Positions 11,287-21,217 are shown, numbered from the stretch's first letter. The stretch: DNA of 52,815 nucleotides from Puniceicoccales bacterium (GCA_031255715.1 JAIRRZ010000025.1:1-52815), one strand, 5' to 3'. Translations and numbers: made by a program. The notes: a model not told the origin generated them from the letters alone.

Positions 11287-12150
11287 CTACGTTGCCGAAG
11301 GCAGTAATGGACGCATTTTTTCAATCGCTTTCTGCACATTTGGCGGCAGTGTCAGTGGAAAATTTTGACTGACTTCCATCGGTATTTTATTGATTATTTT
11401 GGCGAGATTGATCAAATTTTTGAGTTTTTTTTCCTTAGTTTGATTGTTAAAATTTTCGATTGCTTTTTTAATATCTTGTTTACTAACGACTACATTAGGT
11501 AAAGGTTCTTGGAGCTGTGCGCTGTGCATTAGCGATACTTGCGCCATACCAGCAATCGCTATGGATGTCAATGAATTGTCACCATTTTCCGTATATTTGT
11601 CATCCATTCGGGTAAGATCCAAATGATTCATCATCGACATCAAGGACATAAAAGCCCGTACATTTGCACGTCCAGGTTCGAAATCTTTGTCATACATTTG
11701 TTCTACTTGTGTTTCGTTGCCCGTTCGATCAAGAAAATCGAGAATACCATCGCCATCGGCATCGGCTGTGAACATTTCATCAAGCAATGCTTGTGCAGCT
11801 GGAGAGATACCATTTTCACCTGGGTTTACATCGAAATGATCAAGAATACCATCCCCATCTGCATCCTGAACGGGCTCCATGTTACCATTATCCTCGGTAG
11901 CTGCTACGGTCTTCATTTCGGCGGGCAGCTCACTACCTATTGCCACATCTTCGGATACAGGAATGCCTCCCTGTATAGTTTCTTCTAAAATAGAATTACT
12001 ATCGGAAACGGAAGTAAGATCAGAACGATTTGAAGCGCTAAATTCGCTCGAAGTTTGTTCGGCTACATTGTCGAGCCCCATATAACTTCGGATCATATCG
12101 ATACGATCGCTATCCGATGGACCGCCGATTCCTTCAATTGGCGTACTCAT
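11287..12150 (-). CDS. Hypothetical acidic protein with two DxDxDG Ca-binding motifs; candidate type III-secreted effector
   Basis: 287 aa, no Cys/Trp, Ser/Thr/Gly-rich disordered-looking N-terminus (MSTPIEGIGGPSDS), DADGDGILD twice; 2 nt downstream of a CesT-like chaperone. Confidence 0.6.
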   Translation of the reverse strand: MSTPIEGIGGPSDSDRIDMIRSYMGLDNVAEQTSSEFSASNRSDLTSVSDSNSILEETIQGGIPVSEDVAIGSELPAEMKTVAATEDNGNMEPVQDADGDGILDHFDVNPGENGISPAAQALLDEMFTADADGDGILDFLDRTGNETQVEQMYDKDFEPGRANVRAFMSLMSMMNHLDLTRMDDKYTENGDNSLTSIAIAGMAQVSLMHSAQLQEPLPNVVVSKQDIKKAIENFNNQTKEKKLKNLINLAKIINKIPMEVSQNFPLTLPPNVQKAIEKMRPLLPSAT

Positions 12151-12152
12151 AA

Positions 12153-12632
12153 TTATATTACAAAATTAAGGTTAGGGGAAACGAGTGGACCTTCGAAGGC
12201 AGCATCATGATCGGAAATCTGAACCTGAAGGAACTGCGATAATTTTTCCCGCAATTGCGAAATCGTCGAAAAAAATGAGCTAACCGCTTTGAGTAATAAT
12301 TGCTCATCGAGATTTTTAATGTGCAGTAATCGGGAAAGGACAAACTTATTCGTTTGAGCATCGATACCAAGAATAGCATGGCCCGTCGAACTACCGTGGA
12401 GATTGAGTTTTAAAACGAATTCAAAAAATTTTTCCCGATTATTAAAAGGCACATCACTGACAACAGCATAAATGTACAGCATTTCATTGTTATGAGGCAG
12501 TTCAATGATCGTCTCTTCACCGGTTGATTTCCGCTTAATATTACACAAATTGTTCTCACCTAATACAACCTGAAAACCTAAATCGATTGTGATCGATTGA
12601 AAAAGCGCGTTTATCATTGATCGATTATCCAT
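12153..12632 (-). CDS. CesT/SycE-like type III secretion class I chaperone
   Basis: About 159 aa; LYIYAVV, FFEFVLKLNLHGSSTGHAILGIDAQTNKFVLSR, C-terminal amphipathic helix, matching the Tir-chaperone (CesT) pattern. Confidence 0.8.
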   Translation of the reverse strand: MDNRSMINALFQSITIDLGFQVVLGENNLCNIKRKSTGEETIIELPHNNEMLYIYAVVSDVPFNNREKFFEFVLKLNLHGSSTGHAILGIDAQTNKFVLSRLLHIKNLDEQLLLKAVSSFFSTISQLREKLSQFLQVQISDHDAAFEGPLVSPNLNFVI

Positions 12633-12735
12633 ACCAAAACTCAATTTATTGAAAAATTTAAAATTTGCAATTATTTTCAAAAGAAAATACGAAAATTTTA
12701 TTATTCACAATGAATACAATACTCCCAATGGTGAT

Positions 12736-13653
12736 TTATGCGCGGGGATGCGCCCTTCTGTAAGCCCGCTGAAGGACGGAGGAATTAATATGGGTATAAA
12801 TTTGGGTCGTACTCAAATGGGCATGCCCCAGCAATTCTTGCACCAGACGCAGGTCGGCACCGTTATTAAGCATATGTGTAGCATAGCTATGGCGCAATTT
12901 GTGTGGACTAATATCCATTGGCAAATTGCTTTGCTGAAGATAGAATTTTAAACGATTTTGAACCTGGCGTGGCGTAAGATTTTTACCCTGTTCACTGATG
13001 ATAATCAATGCATGCGGAGAAAAAACTTTCCCCATACCCGCGATGAATCGTTCCAGTGCCTGAATGGAATAAATGCCAATGGGGCAAATGCGTTCCCGAT
13101 TGCCTTTTCCCATAACTTTTACAGAATATCGCTCAAAATCGACATCGCTATAGCGCAATGAAAGTAATTCACTCAGTCGCATACCGCTATTATATAACAA
13201 TTCGAGGATAAGCGCATCGCGAAGGTATAAGAACTGTGATATTTTTTCTTCTGAAAATAGCTTTTTCGGCTGGCTTAGCAACAAAGCCACATCATTGGGC
13301 GATAAAATTTTTGGCAATGTTTTTTCTTTTTTGGGTATCGATAGTGTTTCGAACGGATTTTTCTCAATAATCTGGTGTTTTTTCAAGAAAACAAAGAGCG
13401 ATTTCAATCCGGATAAACGATTACAGACGGTAGATTTTTTATTTTTCCTCAGCAATGCAACGAGATATTGGCGAGCAGTAAGCGCATCGACGGCATTCCA
13501 ACATCGAATTTGTGTGTATTGCAACAGAAAAGTGATAAAGTTTTCGATGGATGCCACATAGCTTTCCAGCGTATGTTTCGAAAGTTGGCGTTCGATTTCG
13601 ATCGATTGAATGAAGTCTGCGTAGGAAAAATTAACTGTTTCTGCTCTAGCCAT
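12736..13653 (-). CDS. xerC: Tyrosine recombinase XerC/XerD family
   Basis: GMRLSEL, GKGNRER, HKLRHSYATH, LLGH, TTQIYTH (R-H-R-Y tetrad). Confidence 0.9.
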   Translation of the reverse strand: MARAETVNFSYADFIQSIEIERQLSKHTLESYVASIENFITFLLQYTQIRCWNAVDALTARQYLVALLRKNKKSTVCNRLSGLKSLFVFLKKHQIIEKNPFETLSIPKKEKTLPKILSPNDVALLLSQPKKLFSEEKISQFLYLRDALILELLYNSGMRLSELLSLRYSDVDFERYSVKVMGKGNRERICPIGIYSIQALERFIAGMGKVFSPHALIIISEQGKNLTPRQVQNRLKFYLQQSNLPMDISPHKLRHSYATHMLNNGADLRLVQELLGHAHLSTTQIYTHINSSVLQRAYRRAHPRA

Positions 13654-13712
13654 GGAAATAGAAATTAATTTTCAAGATTGACGAAAGTCATATTTTTTAA
13701 TCTTATCCGACC

Positions 13713-13943
13713 ATGGCAAGTCCTGAAGATCGAATTGAAGAAAATGTTCCGGGAAAGTTTTATGTTGATGATCAATGTATTGACTGTGACATGTGCCGCA
13801 GTTTAGCACCGGATCTTTTCGGTATGGCACCGCAGGGTGGTTCTTTTGTGAAAAAACAACCTATGACTCCGAAGGAGATCGAGCTTTGCCTAGAGGCTAT
13901 GGAAAGCTGCCCTGTTGAGGCAATTGGCGATGATGGTGAATAA
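13713..13943 (+). CDS. fdx: Monocluster ferredoxin
   Basis: YVDDQCIDCDMC...CPVEAIG, acidic, 76 aa. Confidence 0.92.
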   Translation: MASPEDRIEENVPGKFYVDDQCIDCDMCRSLAPDLFGMAPQGGSFVKKQPMTPKEIELCLEAMESCPVEAIGDDGE

Positions 13944-14235
13944 AGGGGTGGCAGAAATTTTTGATGCCCCAGATTGAAGGTTGCGTAATTATTTTGCTTA
14001 GAGTATAACGGCGGAATAGGTGTCATGTGGTGTAAGATTCATCGATAAATTGAATTAACTATTGATCATTCCTTAAGAAAATTTAGAGGGTAAATTGTCT
14101 TTTGGGCTTGCGCGTGTCGCTCGCTCCCACCCTATACCCTTCAGCATTGAAAGCATTTGGACATTCGTCAAGTGTTTTCTGTTAAATTCAGTGCTTGTCT
14201 ATCAATCGATTAATTAACAAAATGCTGACAATTTC

Positions 14236-14910
14236 TCAAAGCAGGGGGCCAGAGTCAGGAACAATTCCTTCTAGGATCTCTCCACCTATGGCACTTATAA
14301 CTGATGCAGCGCTATGAGTACCTGTTGCCTCAAGCGACAATACTCCGATCCCGTCATCTCCGCTTAGGTTTTTATACCAACGCACCTTACCATCAAGAAA
14401 CCCGATAAATCCACCTTCATTTTTCCAGACACCGTTATTCGGGTTCCAGAAACCATTAGAGTAATCTAATCCGCGGGAAAACACAACGGGTATCGTCGAT
14501 GGATTGACTTCTTTCTGAATTTTGCTCACTAGTTCAACGCTAAGCGGCTTGCCTATCTCCCAGGCGGGATTATCCCCATCCTTGGGCCATATTTGTTCCC
14601 TTAACACTTTTGGAGCCTGGGTATCGCCGGGAAAAACGAATAAATGTGTGCTATTCAATTCGCCTTCTTCTGCAAATTTTTCGATTAGATCAACGATATT
14701 ATTAGCTTCTGGAATAAATCCATGGGTTTGGTAATAGCGGCAATAGGCTTCTGCGATTTGCCTCATGCAGGTCTGCGCTTTTGTTTTGCGAGCATTCACT
14801 AAAACCTTTTGTGTCCCCGGTATAATAATCGACATCAGAATAACGATGATACTCATTACAACGATCAATTCGATTAAGGTAAATGCTTTTTGTTGTTTTA
14901 AAATTTCCAT
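14236..14910 (-). CDS. Prepilin-type N-terminal cleavage/methylation protein (PVC-type), paralogue 1
   Basis: KAFTLIELIVVMSII; C-terminal GGFIGFLDGKVRW. Confidence 0.88.
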   Translation of the reverse strand: MEILKQQKAFTLIELIVVMSIIVILMSIIIPGTQKVLVNARKTKAQTCMRQIAEAYCRYYQTHGFIPEANNIVDLIEKFAEEGELNSTHLFVFPGDTQAPKVLREQIWPKDGDNPAWEIGKPLSVELVSKIQKEVNPSTIPVVFSRGLDYSNGFWNPNNGVWKNEGGFIGFLDGKVRWYKNLSGDDGIGVLSLEATGTHSAASVISAIGGEILEGIVPDSGPLL

Positions 14911-14974
14911 AAATCCTATTATGTTTAAAATTCAAAAATATATTAAATGAAAATCATCACATCTACTTATCGTT

Positions 14975-15637
14975 TCATTGTATAATTGCAGATCCACTTC
15001 CTTTGAGAATTTTACAACCTCTAGGAAGAGCATCCTCAATTGTACTTACCGCCTCCGTCATATCATACTTCATCAATTTTTTTGTTATATCGTCAAACCA
15101 TTTTACTTTTCCGTCTAAAAATGCAATAAATCCACTTTTTGCATTTTCATCGCATAATCCACGGCTAAAGGCAATGGGCGTTGTATTCGGCAGACACGAT
15201 TCGGGCAAATCAATGGCAATAAAAACGCTAAAACAATCATCACGACCAGTCTGTGTCCAGCATTCCGTAAATGTTTTACCATCGCCATGGACAATGGTAT
15301 TTCTTTTAATTTTATTAATTGATCGGGCCGCTGCATCCGATGGAAAAATGTAGCAATTAGGATCATTGAGAAAACCTGATTGGGCTAACACCAATGCAAA
15401 ATCCTTTACGTCATTGACGGCATTTCCATCTAATTTGGAAAACCCACCATTTTCTTCGCGGTACATAATATAGGCATTGGCAATTTGTTTGAGACTATTT
15501 TGAGCGGCACTTCTTCGGGAACGCTCTAAAACTCCGCTGATAGAAGGCAAAACAAACGCCATTAGGATGCCAATAATTGCAATAACAACAATTAATTCAA
15601 TTAGCGTAAATCCTCCTTTCTCTCTCCTCCTGCTCAT
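14975..15637 (-). CDS. Prepilin-type N-terminal cleavage/methylation protein, paralogue 2
   Basis: GGFTLIELIVVIAII; GFIAFLDGKVKW; start uncertain (15637 or 15658). Confidence 0.88.
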   Translation of the reverse strand: MSRRREKGGFTLIELIVVIAIIGILMAFVLPSISGVLERSRRSAAQNSLKQIANAYIMYREENGGFSKLDGNAVNDVKDFALVLAQSGFLNDPNCYIFPSDAAARSINKIKRNTIVHGDGKTFTECWTQTGRDDCFSVFIAIDLPESCLPNTTPIAFSRGLCDENAKSGFIAFLDGKVKWFDDITKKLMKYDMTEAVSTIEDALPRGCKILKGSGSAIIQ

Positions 15638-15847
15638 AACTGGGTTCCAAATTATCACATTTTTTATGGAAAATCAATAAAATAAATTTAAAATTGTAAC
15701 AATAAAAAGCCTTTCAGGGCATTTTTGTTTGTTTTTACGATAACGAATCCGGATTTTGTGAAAATTTCACTGATCCGGACATGTACATCAATCCATATCG
15801 TCTCATATTTAAATAGCATCAATTTTACGATTGATCTAGTTGTTTCA

Positions 15848-16576
15848 TCATTTTACTTGCTTACTTGCACTTAAAATTTGAGCCGTTTCTGGCACGGTTT
15901 CTTCAATCAAATTTGTTGTTCCTCCGCCTCCCCATGTTACTAACTTACCTTCACCTTCGCCCTTCTTTCCGAGATCTTCATACCATTCCACATGCCCATC
16001 GAGATATGCAATATACCCTCCTTTTCCACCATAGACACCATCCGAAGGCCATCTGGAAAGTACTTCGTTGTCATCAACAGCACCTGAATCGTTACTAACT
16101 GAAGGTAATTTCCGGGTAAATGCAATGGGTGTCGTCGTCGGTGGAGCATCGGTGGGTACATTGTTGATGAGATACACGCTAAACTCCACATTATTATCTT
16201 CCCCCCAGGGATGAAGCAGCTTTAAGGTTGAATTATCCACGATTGTCTTTTTGGTGACCTTTGACGCACCGCTGTCTCCGGAAAAACAATACATAGTTGG
16301 ATCGTTTAAATATCCTGCTTTGGCTAATTCTTCGGCCCATTTTACTCCATTGAGGTCTCCCGTCAAATTAATATTACGTCCATTGACATCATCATTACAA
16401 TACTGAGCATAGGCCATAGCAATTTGTTTAAGACAATTGGCACCTCTCACGCGGCGCGCATTTTCCATTACCTTAGTCACCGCTGGTACCAATAGCGACA
16501 TCAAAATACCAATAATAACTATCGCGATCAGCAATTCAATTAACGTAAACCCTTTCCCTTTCTCCCACTTATCCAT
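15848..16576 (-). CDS. Prepilin-type N-terminal cleavage/methylation protein, paralogue 3
   Basis: KGFTLIELLIAIVII, CLKQIAMA, GGYIAYLDGHVEW. Confidence 0.9.
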   Translation of the reverse strand: MDKWEKGKGFTLIELLIAIVIIGILMSLLVPAVTKVMENARRVRGANCLKQIAMAYAQYCNDDVNGRNINLTGDLNGVKWAEELAKAGYLNDPTMYCFSGDSGASKVTKKTIVDNSTLKLLHPWGEDNNVEFSVYLINNVPTDAPPTTTPIAFTRKLPSVSNDSGAVDDNEVLSRWPSDGVYGGKGGYIAYLDGHVEWYEDLGKKGEGEGKLVTWGGGGTTNLIEETVPETAQILSASKQVK

Positions 16577-16633
16577 AACTTATTTTATTATCGCATTCTT
16601 TACAAATAGTCAATAAAACAAACTCAAAAACTC

Positions 16634-17548
16634 CTAAATTTTCTTCCTTCGTTTTTGCAAAAACAGATCCAGCGCCCGTGAATAGTCACCATCGGTCCGC
16701 ACACATAATAGATCAATTCTAGAACGCCTCAACCGCTCCTGTAAAACTTCATTGTAGCGTTTTTTGCTTTGAGCGTAATCCTTCTGAAACCTTCGCTTAT
16801 TCGTATCAACTTCCCAAATTTCGCCCGTTTCTTGATCTTCTATCGCCACAAATCCAAGACAAGGCATGTAAAGCTCTCGCTCGTCTTCAATCCATAGGCA
16901 AATTAAATCATGGCGTCGATTGGTAATTTCTAGCGCATCGGTCAAATGCTTTATACTTTGAATTTTAGGTTGCAGGAAATCACTCAATAGAAAAATAATT
17001 GTTTTCTTTTTGAGCATATTGTTGATATATTTGATGCTATCGCCGAGCTGCGTCCCCTTAGATTTGGGTTCAAAAAAAAGTAGATCGCGGATAATGCGTA
17101 GGATATGTTTGCGCCCCTTTGCCGGTGGAACAAATTTTTCCACACGATCGGAAAATAGTAACAACCCGACTTTGTCGCTATTCCGCGTCGCTGAGAAAGC
17201 CAATAAACTAGCAAGTTCCGTTATAACTTCTCTCTTACTCAGAAAAATACTTCCAAAATCCAAAGAAGCACTGACATCTACCACCAGTAAAACCGTTAGT
17301 TCTCGATCTTCCCGAAATTTTTTGATAAATGGACGATTCATTTTGGCCGTAATATTCCAGTCAATTGACCGAATATCATCCCCGGCCATGTACTCCCGCA
17401 CTTCCTCAAAATCAATCCCCTGCCCTTTGAAAATACTCCGATAGGCTCCCATGAGATGTTCATCAAGGAGACGATTAGTCCGGATCTCCAGCTGACGCAC
17501 CCGTTTCAAAACGTTGCGCGTAATTTCCGACTGTATATCCATTTCCAT
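16634..17548 (-). CDS. DUF58 domain protein (VWA-like MoxR partner)
   Basis: GIDFEEVREYMAGDDIRSIDWN, DVSAS MIDAS-like, LSDF. Confidence 0.93.
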   Translation of the reverse strand: MEMDIQSEITRNVLKRVRQLEIRTNRLLDEHLMGAYRSIFKGQGIDFEEVREYMAGDDIRSIDWNITAKMNRPFIKKFREDRELTVLLVVDVSASLDFGSIFLSKREVITELASLLAFSATRNSDKVGLLLFSDRVEKFVPPAKGRKHILRIIRDLLFFEPKSKGTQLGDSIKYINNMLKKKTIIFLLSDFLQPKIQSIKHLTDALEITNRRHDLICLWIEDERELYMPCLGFVAIEDQETGEIWEVDTNKRRFQKDYAQSKKRYNEVLQERLRRSRIDLLCVRTDGDYSRALDLFLQKRRKKI

Positions 17549-17558
17549 TGCAAGAAAA

Positions 17559-18548
17559 TCAAGGAACGGGAACGGTATTTAGGACCTTTGTAACGATCGA
17601 TTCGGATCGAACATTTTCAGCCTCTGCCTCATAGGTTACAACGATACGGTGGCGCAAAACATCCATGGCAATCGATTTAACATCCTGCGGTGTCACGTAG
17701 CCGCGACCCTGTAGAAACGCCCAGGCTCGAGATGCCATTGCCAGCGAAATTGTCGCCCGAGGTGATGCTCCAAATTCGATGAAATTATCCATAGGAAGAC
17801 CAAAATCGCTGGGTTTACGCGTTGCAAAAACGACTTTCACAATGTAATCGCAAATTTTTTCATCCATATATATGACATCGAGCAACTGGCGCGATGCCAA
17901 AATCGTGTCGAGATTGACAACCGCACGAACATCCACATTGGGCTGACTTTTCCCCATGGCACGGAGGATTTGTTTCTCCTGTTCCATATCAGGATAATCG
18001 ATATTAAGTTTCATTAGGAAACGATCCACCTGAGCTTCTGGAAGCGGGTAAGTCCCCTCTTGATCGATAGGATTTTGTGTTGCGAAGACGATAAACGGTG
18101 AAGGCAAAGGGTAAGTTTGGTCAGCAATAGTAACCTGCTTTTCCTGCATGGCCTCAAGGAGCGCGCTTTGTACCTTTGCCGGCGAGCGATTAATTTCGTC
18201 GGCAAGAACGACATGGGCAAAAATCGGCCCCCTTTTCACATCAAAAGAAGCCTCCTTTTGGTTATAGATTAGCGTTCCGATGATATCGGCAGGTAAAAGA
18301 TCAGGAGTAAACTGAATACGCCGAAAATCGGCTTGAATGGTCGCAGCCAAAGTTTTAACGGTAAGGGTTTTAGCGAGGCCTGGAACACCTTCAAGAAGGA
18401 TATGGCCATTGGCAAGCAACCCAACGATCATACGATCGACCATATAGCGTTGACCAACAATAACGCGTCCCATCTCATCGCGCAAGAGCGAGACCCAACT
18501 GGAAGCCTCACGAATTTTATTATTAAGTTCGGCTAAACTGTCAGACAT
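17559..18548 (-). CDS. moxR: MoxR-family AAA+ ATPase
   Basis: EGVPGLAKT, RIQFTPDLLPAD, LADEINR, ATQNP.DQEGTYPLPEAQ.DRF. Confidence 0.96.
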   Translation of the reverse strand: MSDSLAELNNKIREASSWVSLLRDEMGRVIVGQRYMVDRMIVGLLANGHILLEGVPGLAKTLTVKTLAATIQADFRRIQFTPDLLPADIIGTLIYNQKEASFDVKRGPIFAHVVLADEINRSPAKVQSALLEAMQEKQVTIADQTYPLPSPFIVFATQNPIDQEGTYPLPEAQVDRFLMKLNIDYPDMEQEKQILRAMGKSQPNVDVRAVVNLDTILASRQLLDVIYMDEKICDYIVKVVFATRKPSDFGLPMDNFIEFGASPRATISLAMASRAWAFLQGRGYVTPQDVKSIAMDVLRHRIVVTYEAEAENVRSESIVTKVLNTVPVP

Positions 18549-18944
18549 AATTTACTTATTCTTATAACCATCTTCCCCCAAAGGTAAACAATAAAATTCA
18601 GAATGAAATAATTTGGACAGAAAAAATATTTCCATCTTTTGCCTGGACTTATTGTTTAAAGTGCTTTATGCATATAGACATATGCTTTTTTTAAAAAAAT
18701 TCCTTCATTTTTACTTTTTTCACTTGAAAAACAAACTTCCCATGTGCGGTATGTGTAAAAGACATGTTGTCCCTAGTATTTTTAAGAAACTTACTACTCA
18801 ATCCTCCCTCTGTTACATTAGGTAGTAATTTACAGCACATAACCGATAAACCGCAAGAATTGTATTTATCATCGGAAGCTTCTTTAAAGATGCTGACATT
18901 TTCGAATAATTAGCATGGATACGTTTCCATTATGAATAGAAAAA

Positions 18945-19301
18945 ATGTTTTCGTCATTGGTAGTTGCATTCTTTTTTCTTCTCTCTTTTGGAGTTATAAT
19001 TAATGGAAAAAAATTTCCTGTGAGAAATAGAAAAGACATGAAGAAAGTTTACGCAACTATCGAACCGCCAATCATTAAGTACAAGCGAGCTAAAAACGCA
19101 TTCGTCACAGCATATGGGGAATATTCCGAGCGTCAAGATAATGCAAAAAATGACATACGGAATCAGCAGTCATGGCCATATTTAGATATGGCCGCTAAAT
19201 ATTATGAAAAATATGATAACCACAACAAAAATTCTCAGCAATCTTCAATTTTTAGCACCGCAGTTTTACTAGCTATTCGGTCAGCTGGTGCCACAAGATA
19301 G
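18945..19301 (+). CDS. Hypothetical protein with hydrophobic N-terminus (may be a decayed gene)
   Basis: Only sizeable ORF in the moxR-ruvB gap; no recognised motif. Confidence 0.35.
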   Translation: MFSSLVVAFFFLLSFGVIINGKKFPVRNRKDMKKVYATIEPPIIKYKRAKNAFVTAYGEYSERQDNAKNDIRNQQSWPYLDMAAKYYEKYDNHNKNSQQSSIFSTAVLLAIRSAGATR

Positions 19302-19322
19302 TTTGAATGAATGGATTTGGAT

Positions 19323-20321
19323 TTAATTAAATGGGAAGTTTCTTTTGGGCTCAATTCCGAGTAAATGCCAGGCTTTAATGGTTAGTACGCGACCCTGGGG
19401 AGTGCGCTGTAAATAGCCCTCCTGGATCAGAAAAGGTTCATGGACTTCCTCCAAGGTCTGTCGCTCTTCTCCAATTGCAATGGCAATGGTATTCGCACCA
19501 ACTGGCCCACCATTATAATTTTGTCCAATCACTTCCAGTATGCGCTTGTCCACTTCGTCCAAACCATGTTCATCGATGTCCAACAATGAAAGTGCTTCCT
19601 TGGCATGGGCTAATGTAATTTCTTCCGAATTTTGTTGACTAAAATCGCGAACGAAAAATAATAAATTATTCGCAATTCTTGGCGTCCCACGGGAACGGCA
19701 TGCAATCTCAAATGCCGCCTCTTTCTGAATAATAATACGTAAAAGTTTCGCACTTCGCTCTATGATTTTTGATAAGTTTTTCGCGTCATAGTAGTCCAAT
19801 CGCGCCTGCAATGTAAAACGACTCCGTAGTGGAGATGTCAATAAACCCGTACGCGTTGTCGCACCGACAAGTGTAAATTTCGGGATATCTAAACGGATAC
19901 TCCGAGCATTTGGCCCCTGATCAATCATTACATCGATGCGATAATCTTCCATTGCCGAATAAAGGTATTCCTCAACCGTCTTAGAAAGGCGGTGAATCTC
20001 ATCGATAAATAAAACATCGCCGTATTCTAAACCAGTCAACATTCCTGCCAAATCACCAGCCTTCTCAACCACTGGCCCCGATGTAACGCGAATATTGGCA
20101 CACATCTCAGCTGCCAGAATCATAGCTAGTGTCGTTTTCCCAAGCCCAGGCGGACCACTCAGTAAAATATGATTCAAAGGTTCTTGCCGCTGTAAAGCCG
20201 CCGAAGTCATGATGCGTAACTTTTCAAGTACCCGACTTTGACCCGTGAAATCACTGAATGCCGATGGTCGCAGACCGAAAACTGCTGGATTGTCCGCCTT
20301 AAATTTAAAAGACTCATTCAT
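19323..20321 (-). CDS. ruvB: Holliday junction branch migration helicase RuvB
   Basis: LRP, GPPGLGKTT, FIDEIHRL, GATTR, RGTPRIAN, GGPVG, RTPQGR. Confidence 0.98.
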   Translation of the reverse strand: MNESFKFKADNPAVFGLRPSAFSDFTGQSRVLEKLRIMTSAALQRQEPLNHILLSGPPGLGKTTLAMILAAEMCANIRVTSGPVVEKAGDLAGMLTGLEYGDVLFIDEIHRLSKTVEEYLYSAMEDYRIDVMIDQGPNARSIRLDIPKFTLVGATTRTGLLTSPLRSRFTLQARLDYYDAKNLSKIIERSAKLLRIIIQKEAAFEIACRSRGTPRIANNLLFFVRDFSQQNSEEITLAHAKEALSLLDIDEHGLDEVDKRILEVIGQNYNGGPVGANTIAIAIGEERQTLEEVHEPFLIQEGYLQRTPQGRVLTIKAWHLLGIEPKRNFPFN

Positions 20322-21217
20322 GACAAATAACGCTCAGCTGCAATCGCCGCCGCCGCTCCCATTCCAGCTGCCGTAATCGCTTGCCGATAGTGCCGATCGC
20401 AACAATCACCTGCCACAAATACTCCAGGAATCCCCGTAGTAATACCGTTCGCAAGAATATATCCCTCCGAATCGCATTCGACTTGGTTCTCAAAAACTTT
20501 TGTATTCGGCATGTGCCCAATCGCTAAAAATACACCATCAAATGATAAATCGTATTCATTATCTTGGGTTTTTAAATACAGATGTGTTACTTTTTCCTTA
20601 CCACAAATTTCAAGGAGAATGGTATTCCAAAGTACTTCGATCCTTGGATTCGATAATACCCGATCCGCCATAATTTTGGAGGCACGTAACTGATTCCGAC
20701 GGTGAATAAGGTAAACTTTTAAACAAAAACGAGTCAAAAAATGCGCCTCTTCGCACGCCGAATCCCCTCCTCCAATCACTGCAACTACTTTATTCCTATA
20801 AAACGCTCCATCGCAGGTTGCACAGGTACTCACACCTTTTCCTCCCCAAAATTTTTCCTCGCCGGGAATATTCAATCTCCGTGGAACGGCTCCCGTTGCA
20901 ATAATTATCGCACGTGACTCAATTCGATCACCTTCGCAATCAATAATTTTTTTCTTTAAATCGATACTTTCAACTACACCGGATCGGAAACGGGCACCAA
21001 ATTTTTCTGTCTGTGTGCGCATATTACTTACCAAATCAAATCCATTGACTCCATCTGGAAATCCAGGAAAATTTTCAATGTTGGTCGTCTGAATCAATTG
21101 GCCGCCTGGCTGCTGCCCCTCAATGATTAGCGGAGCAAGATCAGCGCGAGCTGCGTAAATTGCTGCCGTCAGCCCAGCACAACCACTACCGATAATCACT
21201 AAATTCTCAACATTCAT
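20318..21217 (-). CDS. trxB: Thioredoxin-disulfide reductase
   Basis: IIGSGCAG, ENFPGF, CATCDG, GGGDSA, RQAITAAG; start placed at MNVENL. Confidence 0.96.
   Translation of the reverse strand: MNVENLVIIGSGCAGLTAAIYAARADLAPLIIEGQQPGGQLIQTTNIENFPGFPDGVNGFDLVSNMRTQTEKFGARFRSGVVESIDLKKKIIDCEGDRIESRAIIIATGAVPRRLNIPGEEKFWGGKGVSTCATCDGAFYRNKVVAVIGGGDSACEEAHFLTRFCLKVYLIHRRNQLRASKIMADRVLSNPRIEVLWNTILLEICGKEKVTHLYLKTQDNEYDLSFDGVFLAIGHMPNTKVFENQVECDSEGYILANGITTGIPGVFVAGDCCDRHYRQAITAAGMGAAAAIAAERYLS

Noticed and set aside
12736-13653. Tyrosine recombinase considered as a phage or island integrase
   Set aside because: Size and motifs fit housekeeping XerC/D; no att sites, phage genes or recognisable dif site nearby
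14103-14140. GC-rich patch gggcttgcgcgtgtcgctcgctcccaccctataccc between fdx and pilin 1
   Set aside because: Possibly an eroded repeat, but no clean stem and no clear match to the other hairpin elements
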